DNA from: Macrostomum lignano
Lineage: Eukaryota
Reading direction: 5' to 3'
Assembly (NCBI GenBank): GCA_002269645.1
Contig: NIVC01000291.1
Span: forward strand, 372,001 to 436,000
Length of the DNA stretch: 64,000 nucleotides
The notes below the pieces were generated by a model. It was given only the letters and a program-made list of their open reading frames with translations, did no database searches and had not been told where the DNA came from. Shown piece by piece: positions 38,125-51,200 of the stretch (position 1 is the stretch's first letter; the number at the start of each line of letters is the position of its first letter). The position numbers and the translations under genes were made by a program.

Positions 38125-39224
38125 CGGCGATGCGGTCGCGAGAGACGAGAGGTCAGAAGCAGATGAACCTGCGGTGAAGGTCTGGTCCGCTACCCAGCGA
38201 CCCACTGGCGGCCGCGCAAGTAGAAGCGCTTGTGTGACTGCTGATACGCTTTATATGTCGCTGGCATACCATATAATACGACCAGATTACTGTTTCTGGG
38301 TTTGAAAACCCTTCGGCTGCGATCCTGGGAGTCACAAACAAACCAAATCATGTTTATCAGAGCGAGCAGTCCTTGTGACTTGTATATTTTTCACTCCTTC
38401 AGCTTGATTTTGCTTGAAATTAAATCAGAACTCTTATCAAATTGAATCACTATGGCGCATTTTTACTCTGCACTCTTGTTTTGGTGTCTTGCAGCAGCCC
38501 GAGATCTGAGCTGAATCAAATTCGCATATAGTCTTAGACTGCGCAGCTATCTATAGATTCTTTAACTTCGGTCAACTCATGCATTTATAATGTGAAATGT
38601 AGGACCAAAACTTATCCAGCACTCAATCTAGTTACCACGGCGTTCTATTCAAGCCTATCGAAGATCTAGAAAAGCCCGAAACTTACGAACGTAAATGTGT
38701 AAGTATCAGCTTAGGGGAAGCAAGGACTTACTAGACTAGAACGAAGTGTTCCTAGTGGTCCTTCAGGGGAAGGCAAAACTTAATTTACAGCTGAAACTCC
38801 GGCTCCAAGATCTGCCAAAGCCTCTCCGTGAACCTTTTGCAGCTTCCTAACGCAGCTAATGCACTATCCAGTGAAATCCAGATTCTCGATCTCGAAAGTC
38901 CCCGACCAAAAAATAATGCTGTCGTGTCTGGAAGTTGAAGTCCAACAAAAATTCCAGGGGCATCGCAGATCCTCTACTGCAAAATGGCTTATTCTCGGGA
39001 GGCCAGAAATTCAAAAATAGGACGCCGCAGAGGACGTTTCCGTCATGCTCTCGAGGCACGCTGATTAGCGAGGGTTCCCGATGTACTTTTAGCCTATCTG
39101 GATTGCCGGTGTCATCCAGTATCCAATTACTGAAAATTCTGATAACTTAGGAAACAAAAAAGAAGTAAGGAATGACTCCAGTGCTTTCCTCAGATCAATC
39201 TGTCTGTCTGTCCGTCTAATAATC

Positions 39225-39762
<538 letters not shown>

Positions 39763-40007
39763 AGGGCCTACCTTGAATCGTTTTCTTTAACTCTTACCGT
39801 TAGCGATGTTAATTAATGTTTTTCAGAGTGGCAAAGACTCCGCACTACATTTCATAGCGCAATGCGTTTGACTTCAATTTATTTTCCTGTTATGCGTTAT
39901 GCGGTTTAGCAAAAAAACAAGATAAGTTGCTTTTGTTTGGCTGCTTTGCTATACGTTAGTGAAAAAAAATTAGCAAGAATTTATTTCAAGAAAGAATTTC
40001 GCGCAGG

Positions 40008-42606
40008 TCACAGCGGCATCAGGCGGATGCATCTGGGCGTCCAGTTGGTCCTGTCTGCCTCGTGCAGGCCCAGAGTTCGAATCTCGCTGCGCCGCGCATC
40101 GTCCACGAAGCTGCAGGCGCAGAACAGGATGCCGTTGACGGGCAGCCAGGCCAGCGGGCCGGGCAGCAACGCCGGGTCGCGGAAGTTGCCGACTTTTTCC
40201 AGCACGTCCCGGCGCAGCTGGTAGATCTGGATGCAGCGCTCGGCCAGCAGGGACAGGAACAGCAGGCCCAGCTTGTTGCAGGCCGCCACGTGCTTCGGTC
40301 CCCGACGGTAGGTCATTTGCAGGTTCTGGCGCAGCCGGCCGGAGTCGATCTCGATCACCTGGACGGCCTCGTCTGTCTGGGCAATCACTGCCAGGTTGCT
40401 CAGGGTGCACATCTCCGTTGGCGAGGATAGCGGATGGTAGCCGCTGAACGGGTGCCGACTCCACGGTGTAAGGCGGGGCAGCTCGTACACCTGGATGAAG
40501 TAGTTGCCCTTCTGGTCGTTGCCCGGCTTGCAGGTAGCGATGTAGGCGATCCGCTCGTACACTGCCATGGCCAGGATGGGGAAGCGGCGCTCGCTCATGG
40601 ACAAGCGAACTCCGTCCGGCCGAATCACCTAGCGGAGGATTTTATGCGGCCAGTTTAGCCAAACAAACTATTGAGCTAGTTAACTTTAGATCAGCAAATG
40701 CTCCGTGTCCTGTACTCTCTGTTCTCCGTGTCCTGTACTCTCTGTTCTCCGTGTCCTGTACTCTCTGTTCTCCGTGTCCTGTACTCTCTGTTCTCCGTGT
40801 CCTGTACTCTCTGTTCTCCGTGTCCTGTACTCTCTGTTCTCCGTGTCCTGTACTCTCTGTTCTCCGTGTCCTGTACTCTCTTTTCTCCGTGACCTGTACT
40901 CTCTGTTCTCCGTGTCCTGTACTCTCTGTTCTCCGTGTCCTGTACTCTCTGTTCTCCGTGTCCTGTACTCTGTGCTCTCTGTGTCATGTACTCAATGCTC
41001 CGTGTCCTGTACTCTCGGTTCTCCGTGTCCATTACTCAATGCTCCGTGTCCTGTACTCTCGGTTCTCCGTGTCCATTACTCAATGCTACGTGTCCTGTAC
41101 TCAATACAAACCTGCAAATTGCACGTGGTCGCTACCAGCAGATGTCCGGAGGGCAGCACGCAGGCGGAACGGGCCCAGATGCGCCAGTCGAGGCGCCTGC
41201 TAGCCGCCAAGTCGTCCCCGGAGAAGGTGACGGAGCGGAAGCAGATGCCTCTGCTCGGCTCCGCGCAGATGAGCCGCCGGCCTACGGGGTCAAAGGAGAG
41301 AGAGATCACCGGCTCGGGGAGGCGGCAGGCCATCAGCTGCGTCAGCGCCAAAATTGACTTTGGACCTGGCGGAGGCGGGTTCGGCAGCAGCGGCAACGGC
41401 CGAGCCGCTTTGGGAGGCGGAAGCTGCTGGTGGTGCTGCATCGTGAGCTGATGCTCCTGCTGCTTCAGGCGAGCTCTCTGCTGTTTTGCCTTCGCCGAAT
41501 CGTCCAGCGGATCCGGCAGGTGCAGGGCCAGTTGCGGCAGGCGCCTCGTGGACTCCAAGTTGCTGCCTGCGGACAGCGGCTCGTCGGACGGGCGAATTTC
41601 CAAGGTTGATAGCTCTTGCTGCTCACCAGCCTGCTGCTCACCAGTTTGCTGCTCACCAGCTTGCTGCTCACCAGCTTGCTGCTCACCAGTTGGCTGCTCA
41701 CCAGCTTGCTGCTCACCAGTTTGCTGCTCACCAGCTTGCTGCTCACCAGCCTGCTGCTCACCAGTTTTCTGCTCACCAGCTTGCTGCTCACCAGCCTGCT
41801 GCTCACCAGCTTGCTGCTCCTGCTCGTCAGATTTCTGCTCCCGCTTATCGATCGGAAGGTGCAGTCGCAATGCCACCGCATCGAGACTAGCTTCGTCGTG
41901 ACCAGGATCCCTTTAGTTCCATCAACACAGTTATCGAACGCTTGATTATTTGAAACTCGCACTGATGCTCCCTCATCAGTACTATATGCTGCAAATTAGG
42001 TTCTAAATTGGTGCAAACACAAAAAGCAGCTCACCGCATCGCTGACTGGCGCTGAGAATCCCTGGCGGCTGCCAGGCTGCTGGAGTTCCGCAGGCTGCAG
42101 TCCAGCAGCGTCACAGACGAGGAGTTGTCACTATCGTCGGCGCCCTCCGTCTCCTCCAGGATCTCCCAGCCTTCTTCGCCTTCGTCAGCTTCGCGACTGG
42201 CCAGCAGCTGCCGGAGACGACGCTGGGCCGCCTCCAGCCGCTGGAGCTGCTGCCGGGCGCCGCGACCCAGGCCGAGAAGACGCCTTCGCCGGCGAAGTCT
42301 ATGAAGCAGCCGCATGTACTCGGAGATGTCCAGCTGCTCCAAGCTGCTCTGCCCCTGGCTGCGGTCCGCGCCAACTGGAGCCGCCGTTGCAGTCTTTGTG
42401 CTGGTCATCAGACTCCTTGTAGCCCTAGTCATAGTTTTGGTCCTCATCTGCCCGTTGGCTGGTCTCGGTGGCGACAAATCCAGCATCATCTCGAGCTGAA
42501 GCCAGTCATCGCGGGACACCGATGACGCGCTGGAGCCGGACTCAGATTCGTTGAAGTTATCCCTGCTTTTGTGGACGTCGACTTGAGTGACCACTTCGCA
42601 GTCCAT
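40008..42606 (-). CDS. Uncharacterised protein (~655 aa): coiled coil, QQAGE repeats, Pro-rich linker, putative beta-propeller (NHL/WD40-like) C-terminus
   Basis: Exons 42606-42035, 41886-41112 and 40628-40008 join in phase with GT-AG sites. The C-terminal half has repeated short beta-strand-like segments (ISLSFDP.GRRLICA, GHLLVAT, YFIQVYEL, VQVIEIDSG, IQIYQL). The fold call is by eye. Confidence 0.7.
40698..41100. repeat. 23-bp minisatellite (TGTTCTCCGTGTCCTGTACTCTC), intronic
   Basis: Tandem units filling intron 2 of the 40008-42606 gene. Confidence 0.95.
41620..41820 (-). repeat. 15-bp coding minisatellite encoding (E)QQAG/QQTG pentapeptides
   Basis: In-frame within exon 2; about 13 units. 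Confidence 0.85.
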
Positions 42607-42934
42607 TCTGTCGTGAGCGGCCGCGGTTCCTCCCGCTGAACTATTTTGGTGCGAAAATCAGGGCCTGCGGCTGGCAGCCTCATCAGCTTCTCTATGGGCC
42701 AGGGTCTTCTGCAGAAGCGAACCAGTGCCACAGAGATTAACTCAAACTGCTATTTTCGAAGCATAAATATGCAAATGGTTTAATTATAAAACTCGTGGCA
42801 ACTTGGCCGGCAGGGTGCGGGGGTGGAGTTGCATTTCTGTGTCGTTTCTCACTCTCTCTTTCTCGCTGATTGTACTTTGCTATCGCGGGGTGGAGGCGCT
42901 AGGGTGAGTCAGGGGCGATTGACAGTACATGATT

Positions 42935-43790
42935 CTCACTGGCTAGTGTGACTCACTGACTAGTGTGACTCTCACCACTAGTGTGACTCTAACTGACTAG
43001 TGTGATTCTCACCGACTAGTGTGATTCTCACTGACTAGTGTGATTCTCACCGACTAGTGTGATTCTCACCGACTAGTGTGACTCTCACTGACTAGTTTGA
43101 CTCTCACCGACTAGTGTGATTCTCACCGACTAGTGTGACTCTCACTGGCTAGTGTGATTCTCACCGACTAGTGTGACTCTCACTGACTAGTGTGACTCTC
43201 ACCGACTAGTGTGACTCTCACTGGCTAGTGTGATTCTCACCGACTAGTGTGACTCTAACTGACTAGTGTGATTCTCACCGACTAGTGTGATTCTCACTGA
43301 CTAGTGTGACTCTCACTGACTAGTTTGACTCTCACCGACTAGTGTGACTCTCACTGGCTAGTGTGATTCTCACCGACTAGTGTGACTCTAACTGACTAGT
43401 GTGATTCTCACCGACTAGTGTGATTCTCACTGACTAGTGTGACTCTCACTGACTAGTTTGACTCTCACCGACTAGTGTGACTCTCACTGGCTAGTGTGAT
43501 TCTCACCGACTAGTGTGATTCTCACTGACTAGTGTGATTCTCACTGACTAGTGTGACTCTAACTGACTAGTGTGATTCTCACCGACTAGTGTGATTCTCA
43601 CTGACTAGTGTGATTCTCACCGACTAGTGTGATTCTCACCGACTAGTGTGACTCCCACTGACTAGTTTGACTCTCACTGGCTAGTGTGATTCTCACCGAC
43701 TAGTGTGACTCTCACTGACTAATGTGATTCTCACTGGCTAGTGTGACTCTCACTGACTAGTGTGCTTCTCACTGTCTAGTGTGACTCTCA
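42935..43790. repeat. 19-bp minisatellite (GACTAGTGTGATTCTCACC variants)
   Basis: About 45 tandem units, each containing ACTAGT. Confidence 0.95.
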
Positions 43791-45029
43791 CAGACTGGGC
43801 CACCTCCATCTTTTCAGATCCTAAATTTCAGGGCCATCGCCACCTTCAGATCCTCTGCACGGGCCCATACTCCACAGAGTCCTCAGTTGGACTTTCCAAT
43901 AGTATGCTTCAGCTCTCAGCTTCATTTGAAAAACACAGTCCAGTTTTTCTGAAACGTTGTTTATCGCAGAGCTTATCTCAGTAAAAAACCTTATTACCCA
44001 TACTGTATATTATTATTGATGCATAATGCATAACTAACTAGTATTTCGTGTACAGTACATAGCACCAAGCTTTGTATTTGCTTCAGGTCATTATCATTTC
44101 GCACTCATTGATGAGAGCCATCAGCTCCAACTCCAGCATCAACTTCTACATCATCTAGCTTTTTGGCGGCGTGAAAGAGAGCCTTTACGCTTTTGCACTG
44201 TTTGCGCTGTGCCGGTCAAACTTCAAATTAACCAATACGAAACTGCCGCTCAACAGTTGAATGCCGGTTGCCGATGCCCGGTTTATTTACTGAACGGAAA
44301 GAGCTACATCTAGGTCGATAATCTAGTAGTAGTAGTAGTAGTAGATCTAAGCAATATGATAAACTTGATCAGAAGAACTCTAACTGCTAGATTCTAAATA
44401 ACAACAACTATTAGTAGTTAAAAAGCTAATATTGTAATAATAACCATAAAGAGATACAACCATTGCGAAATATTGTTGTTCAAAGCTGGAGCGAATGCGG
44501 AATCATAAAAGCTGGGAGTAAATCATTCGTTATGATTTGTGAACAACCAGAATGAGGGCAAGGACTTCTAGGCTAGAAGGACGCTGCACTCGGCATGCCA
44601 GCGGGAGAAGTTGGTATTATTTAATTTATTAATTTTTCTCGTAAACGCGAGTTTCTTTCCGAACAAACGCCTATAATTCAGCAAATTCTCAAACATCTGC
44701 GAGTGCAGCGCCCTGGGTGCAGTGCAGTCAGCGACATCCTTAGTGGCTCTTGAATTGACTGTGAATAACTATTTGTTGCACTTCACTGCTTGTAAAATGT
44801 TAATAATTATAAATAGGGTTAAAGCATGTTACCAACACTGATTGCGTGAATGAGACTAGCTAAACGTCTAGCTGAACTTTCTAAAAAGTGCAAAAATTAT
44901 AGCGAAAATCTGCCAGCTCTAGGTGGCGAAGTACAGGATGAAAGATGACAAAACTAAAATGAATCCGTGTCTGAATCCGTTCTGCAATCTGATTGCAGAA
45001 TTTTATCATTGATTATCCCTGACTCCCAA

Positions 45030-45145
45030 AGTGGCTCCCCTGACACACAGAGTGGCTCCCCTGACACCCAGGGTGGCTCCCCCTGACACCCAGAGTGGCT
45101 CCCTGACACACAGAGTGGCTCCCTGACACACAGAGTGGCTCCCCC
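45030..45145. repeat. ~22-bp short tandem repeat (GTGGCTCCCCTGACACACAGA)
   Basis: About 5 units. Confidence 0.85.
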
Positions 45146-45245
45146 TGCACCTGATGCTTCCTCAATCTATTAAATACGCCTTCGAATTCCATCGAGGTAC
45201 TTTCAGTCCCCATATCGCCTGCAAACAGTAAAAAAGTGCAGCAGC

Positions 45246-48200
45246 TCAAATCGGTGCCTCCCGAGACTCCACCAGGATCTCGTTGACGCCCACGTGCGGC
45301 GGCTGCTGCACAGCGTACAGAATCGCCCTGGCGACGTCCTCCGGCTCAAGCATGGTGTACTTGCCCTGCCCGCTGAACTCCTTGTGCGCTTCCGAATCCG
45401 CGTCGTCCCGGCAGGCCTGCAGTTGAGCAAAGGAGATGCGGGTCATCGGGGTCGGAGCGGAGAATTGAGATAAGTGGATGGAGTTGAATTTTAGCATTAA
45501 AGCCATTCTTTTCTCTGTGGCGAAAATACAGCAGCGAAATTATCAACACAACCGGCGAGAGGCATTGCTGCCCATTCCGCCGACTCCCCCGAGCAGGCAC
45601 ACAAGCGCGCGGATACGTACGCAGTCATACGCGCAGACACACCCTCACACAGGAGTGTACAGCGGCCCTGAGTTTCTAATCTTCAGGCATGTACACTTCA
45701 CTGTGCCCTGGGGGTTGGCCCTCAAGGGTGTTAATTCCACGAGTAGAGCCAAGCCGATATTCCAGTTTAGCCCCAAATTAATGTGACCACACTTGGAATC
45801 GAGCCCGGGCCGCTGGCACATCAGAGTGACTGGGGAATTGCGACCGATGAACGCTAATCAAAATACGCTTGTTCAGCACTTCCTAGCTCCCATTGTCCCT
45901 TTCGGAAGATAGAAGCTTCACAAAATAGGAAATTTCATATCAACGAACAATCTACCGAAGAACTCTCTATAGCTTAACAGTAACGTTTATTTGCCATTTC
46001 GTGCTTTTGAAGTCTCGAGCAAATGAAAGGGCCGGAAAGTCTTTTTCGAGCTTGTGAAACGCTCTCTACCGTCCCTCTACAGTCATCACAGTAGGCACTC
46101 TGACTCAGCTTGCGAGGGAAAACCTGCCAGCCAGAATGAGAAGCATTAGAAATCCAGTGCCTCTTGTTCTCAAAACCTGCTCACCTGCAGCGGAGTTCTC
46201 ACGTCCCCGGGCTGCACGCAGGTGACGCGAAGGCCTCGACTCGCCACCTCGAGGCGCAGGGCCCTGGAGTAGCCTTCCACGAAGAATTTGGAGCCCGTGT
46301 ACACGGCCAAGCCCGGAAACGGAGCCCGACCAGCGTCGCTGCTCAAGTTGACGATGTGGCCGCCACCCCTGTCCAGCATGATGGGCAGCACGGCCTCCAC
46401 CGTGTGCACCAGGCCTCGGCAGTTGACGTCGATGGTGCGGTCGGTGAGGTGCGTCAGGCCGCTGAACGCCCTGGTATAGTACATCACCCCGGCGCTGTTC
46501 ACCAGGATGTCCGGCTGGCCGAGCAGCGACCGGCAGCGCGCCACGGCGGCCTCGACCTCGGCGCGGGAGGTCACGTCGGCTGGGCAGGCGACCGCCACGC
46601 CCTGCGCAGCCAGAATGCCTTGGCGCACCTGCTCCAGCTGGTCAGCGCGCCTGGCAACCAGCGCCACCTGGCAGCCGTCTCTAGCCAGGGCCTGCGCTAC
46701 CGCCTGTGGTTGTTGGGAAACAGGGACTTTTGTGCATGACTTCGGACAGCAAGCTCACTAGATGCAGGATGTTGTCTTCTTAATGCAACAATTGAAACCT
46801 CGGGATTCACATGGCGGACGGAAATTGTTGAACAATTATTGAGCTTTTCCCATTTAATTCTGAATGCGCTTTGGGACCAGGTGGAAGCTTTTTTACGGAA
46901 GAGAAATTATGGATAGATTTTAATTCGCTAATGGCGGACATCCAAAATACATTCTACTATACTTCGACGCTTTTAATTGTACAATTCTCTATTGACCTCT
47001 CATTCACTTGCAATACAGTGAGGTTCTGTTCGCACCTGTCCGATTCCGCTGCTGGCCCCGGTAACCATGGCAACCTTGCCTAGCAACGCTCCGCCGGAGG
47101 TGTTTCTCCTGGCCCGCGGCAGGAGGCCCCGCTCGGCCAGGCGGGCCACGTACACGGCCAGCAGGCTGGACTCGATGGCCGGATATCCGCTCTCCAAGCC
47201 CAGGCTGGGCAGAGCAGCACGCAGCTGCCTCGAGTCAAAGGTGCTGAGCTGCCCAAAGTACTGGGATCCGCCAGACGGGGCCAGCTCCTCCAACAGGCGC
47301 AGCAGCGATGCGATTGGCTGGCAGGCCTCAGCTAGTTGCCGCAGCTCCACCAGCCAATCAGCGTAGTCCACGCGGCGCAAGGTATAGCCGCTAACCGACA
47401 ACCAATCGCAGAGCAGGTCAAAGCTGATTGGCTGCGGATTAACCAGGTGAAAAATCTTGCCAGCGTGCAGGCTGAGCTGGGCCATGGCGCGCACGATGAC
47501 CTCGCTGGTAAAGTCTACCGGAGTGAACTCCAAGCGCCAGTTGAGACGGGGCGCCTGCCCACTGCGTAGCACACCCTGAAAGTCGGTGAGTAGCAAAAAG
47601 TGCTTAGTAAGTGTTCTTTCAGGAACTGCACCAGTACGCACAGCCACTCGGCAAGATAACTATGTCCATTGATACCCCCGTGGGTCCACAGCAGCAACCA
47701 ACCTGCAGCATGAGCAGCGTCAGGTCCTGCGGGTTCCAGGCGGCGTTGGCCCGGTCCCCGGCTTGGTTGCCCAGCCGGTACACGATCACCGGCATGCCTC
47801 GGGCCCGAGCCTTCATGAGCAGCTGCTCGGCCACCCATTTGGTCTGGCTGTATCCGTCGGCGAGTTCTTGAGCGTGGACGCTGGTGTCGGCGTCCTCGCG
47901 GCAGTCGGCCAGACCGTTCGGAAACACAGCGTCGGTGCTGACATAGTGCACTGGCTTGACGCGGACCGCTGACGCAAACAGGATCACGTTCTGCGTGCCC
48001 AGCACGTTCGGTCCGTACAGAGCCTGTGAATGGTCGGAATTCAGTGCACTTTTTCTGGTTTTGTCGGTCTGTGAGTGACTGCAGAGGGCTAGCAGAGCAA
48101 CTAGCATGCGCTAAAACAGCAAATAAGGAGAGTCCCTCACCGTGTACGGGTAAATAAGGTTTACGTAGGCACCAGCGTGAATCACTACGTCGATCTCGCT

Positions 48201-51200
48201 GCTCAGGAAGGCGTAGTCATCCTCTGAGAGGCCGAACTTCACCAGGCTGAGGTCTCCTGCGAATGGCGTCAGTTTTTAACAATGAGAATTGCAGTTTTCT
48301 TAGAAAACAGGTCTTGACTTCGCCAGCTTCGCCCTGATTTGCCGACACCAGGATAGGAGAAACTCTGAGGCTTCTTATATGTCTGAAATTCCCTACAGGT
48401 AGGTCGGGTTGCCCAAAACTCCAATGCGAACTTTGCAACCAGCAGCGCACTCACCCCTAATAACGGTCACCCGGGCTTCAAAAGCAGCCGCAAGGTCCTT
48501 TGTTTGATCATCCTCCTGTCCTTTGGGCCGCAAGATGAGGAACTGCTCTAGGGTAGATCTCAGCCTCCGCTGCAGGCCCCCAGGGTCGCCGCTTCCGGTC
48601 TCGCGAACCAAACAGAAGACTTGCGTTTCGGTGAGGCGCAGCAGGTCGCGCAACAGGAAGGCGCCAAGGAAGCCAGTAGCGCCGGTTAGAAGGACGCGGC
48701 CGCGGGACCAGCGCGACTTGTTGAAGTGCGGGTTGCGCCAGAATGCGCGCAGCTGGATATCCAGGCTGCCGAATGATTTGGCATGTGAGATTGGGTTAGG
48801 CACAATACTGACATTGTCGCGACTTTCCTATTCATTTCTTAGTTCACCTTCACTTGTCTCTGTTTACTCTGTTTTCTCTCTCTCTCTGTCTAGCTCAATC
48901 TTGTTATTCTTATCTCTCTTTCCCTTACTGCCTTCTGATTGGCTCTCCATTCTCGCCTCTCTCTTCAGTCGCGCACTCCACTCCCTCTCCTTATTATTCT
49001 GGGCTCAACCCCCCAAAGTTAAATGTTCAATAAATATATCGGTTTGGGCCCTGCGCCCACTTACTGGCTCCTTTAGTATTCAATTTAACATCTAATTTAG
49101 TTCTAGTGTTTTTAGTCTTATTTTCTCTACAGGCATAAAACAGGCAGGTAGGCAGATTCCAACGGCTCACTCTGAAGCCTGCGGCTGGTCATGATTGGCC
49201 ACCTCGGTTTTCAAATCGAAGGTTCTCGCCTCGGCCTCCGGCGTTTCGTCGGCGGTCCCAGTGCCCCGCGCCGCCGCAGCGTCGATCAGGCGGGCCATCT
49301 CCTGCACCGTGGGGTATTGGAACAGCTCCTTCACGGACAGCTGGCAGCCCAGCTGCTCGTTCACCTTTGAGAGCAGCTTTGTCGCTAGCAGGGAGTGGCT
49401 GGAAAACGGCGATGGTTTGGCTGCTGTGGACTGGGATTTGCCTGCGAACTTGGGTCTTTCTGCTTTGGAAAATTAAAGCAAACTGAGATCATTTTGCCCT
49501 GATCTGTTCAAAATACAAATCTTCGAAAAAATGACCTACAGTTGCTATACGAAGTCAGCCTATCTTACCCGCCGTAGTCGAAGAAGCTCTCCTGTATGTC
49601 GATCTCCTTGATGTCCAGTGTAGCCATCCAGATGGCCGCCAGGCTTTTCTCTGTGGCGGTCTGCGGCAGAAACGAGCAGTCCAGGCTCTCTTGGGCCTTG
49701 TCGAAGGGAGGCAGCGAGGCCTTGTCCAGCTTGCCGATCGCGCTTACGGGCAGGCTACGATGGGTGGGTAGTAAAATTTAATGACATAGGTACTGCGCTG
49801 CAACTCTGTGGCTGCTCATGGTTAGCACGCTCATGTGAGCAGGCTTCCTAAGTATTCTACACAGAATCGCACTCAGACAGGGGCTCACTCGGCCAGGAAG
49901 ACGAAGTAGCTTGGGATCATGTAGAACGGCAGCTTTCGTTTCAGAGCGGATCGCAGCTGCCTTTTTGTGAGGTCGCCGTTCGATGGAACAACGTACGCCA
50001 CAAGGAACTTGTCCTCGCCTTCGCCGCCCTTCACCAGCACCACACAGGCGTTGACGAGCCCGCTGTCCAGCAGGGCCACCTCGATCGCCTGAACCTCCAC
50101 GGAGTAGCCCCGGATTTTGACCATACTGTCGCAGCGACCGCAGATCTCCAGGCTGCTGTCCGAGAGCAGGTAGCCCCAGTCGCCTGTGCGGTACAGCCGC
50201 TCACCCGCCTGGCTGCCGAGGGCTTTCGGCGCCTGAATGAACTTGCTGCGATTCAGGTCTGGGCGCTTCACGTAGCCCTTGGCCAGGGTTGGCCCGGCCA
50301 CGTAGATCTGCGATCGAGCGGAAATGGGTTTGACAGATATACGAATGCAAGTAGTCAGTCTCGGCTCAGGGTTTTTGTAATTTTTGGTCGAAACTCTATA
50401 GTAATGTTGAATTACCTCTACCGGTCCCCAACGTTTGAACGGAACTCTTACCTCTCCAGCCGCCCCCACCGGCTGCGGATTGAGCGCTTCGTCTAAGATG
50501 ACCACCTGGACTCCTGGTAGCAGCCAGCCCACGGGGCAGAACTTGCGTCGTTCCTCCGGTCTGCGCTGAATCCGCTTCAGGTAATCCGTAAGATCTCTGG
50601 CGGCCACGTCGTGACACTCGGAGATACTGTACAGGTTGATGACGCGGGTGCTGGGCAGCAGTGATTGACAGCGCTCCAAGAGGCTTGTGGTAACCACCTC
50701 GCCGCAGAGCCAGATTTGCCTGTAAATGTTTTGGTGGTGTTTCAAAGTCGCTGTCATACAATCTGGGATCATGGAACGGTGTAACGTCTATTTATTACGG
50801 AGGTGTAGAAACATAGAAAATTTAAGACAGAAATTTTTAGTACGAACTTGAGGCTCGCGCAAGCCTTTTGAACTCTTTCCGCCTCCGAATCAAGCACCGT
50901 CTCCAGCAGTGACGGCGTGAACAGCATCCGGGTGATGCAGTTTTTCCGCATATACTCCAGCAGCTTTGGTGGATCGTAGATGACATCGTCGGGCACAACA
51001 TAAAGACATTGACCCTTCATCAGCGGACGCAGCATCTCCCATACAAAGAAAACGTTACAGGCTTCGCGCTCCGGTCCGTTGGACTCGTCATAAGGGTAAG
51101 TCACGTGACGCCAGTGGTAAGAAAAGACAGCACCGCGGTGCGGCATGCCGATGCCTTTCGGCTTGCCGGTGGTGCCGCTGGAGTATACGATGAAGGCGAG

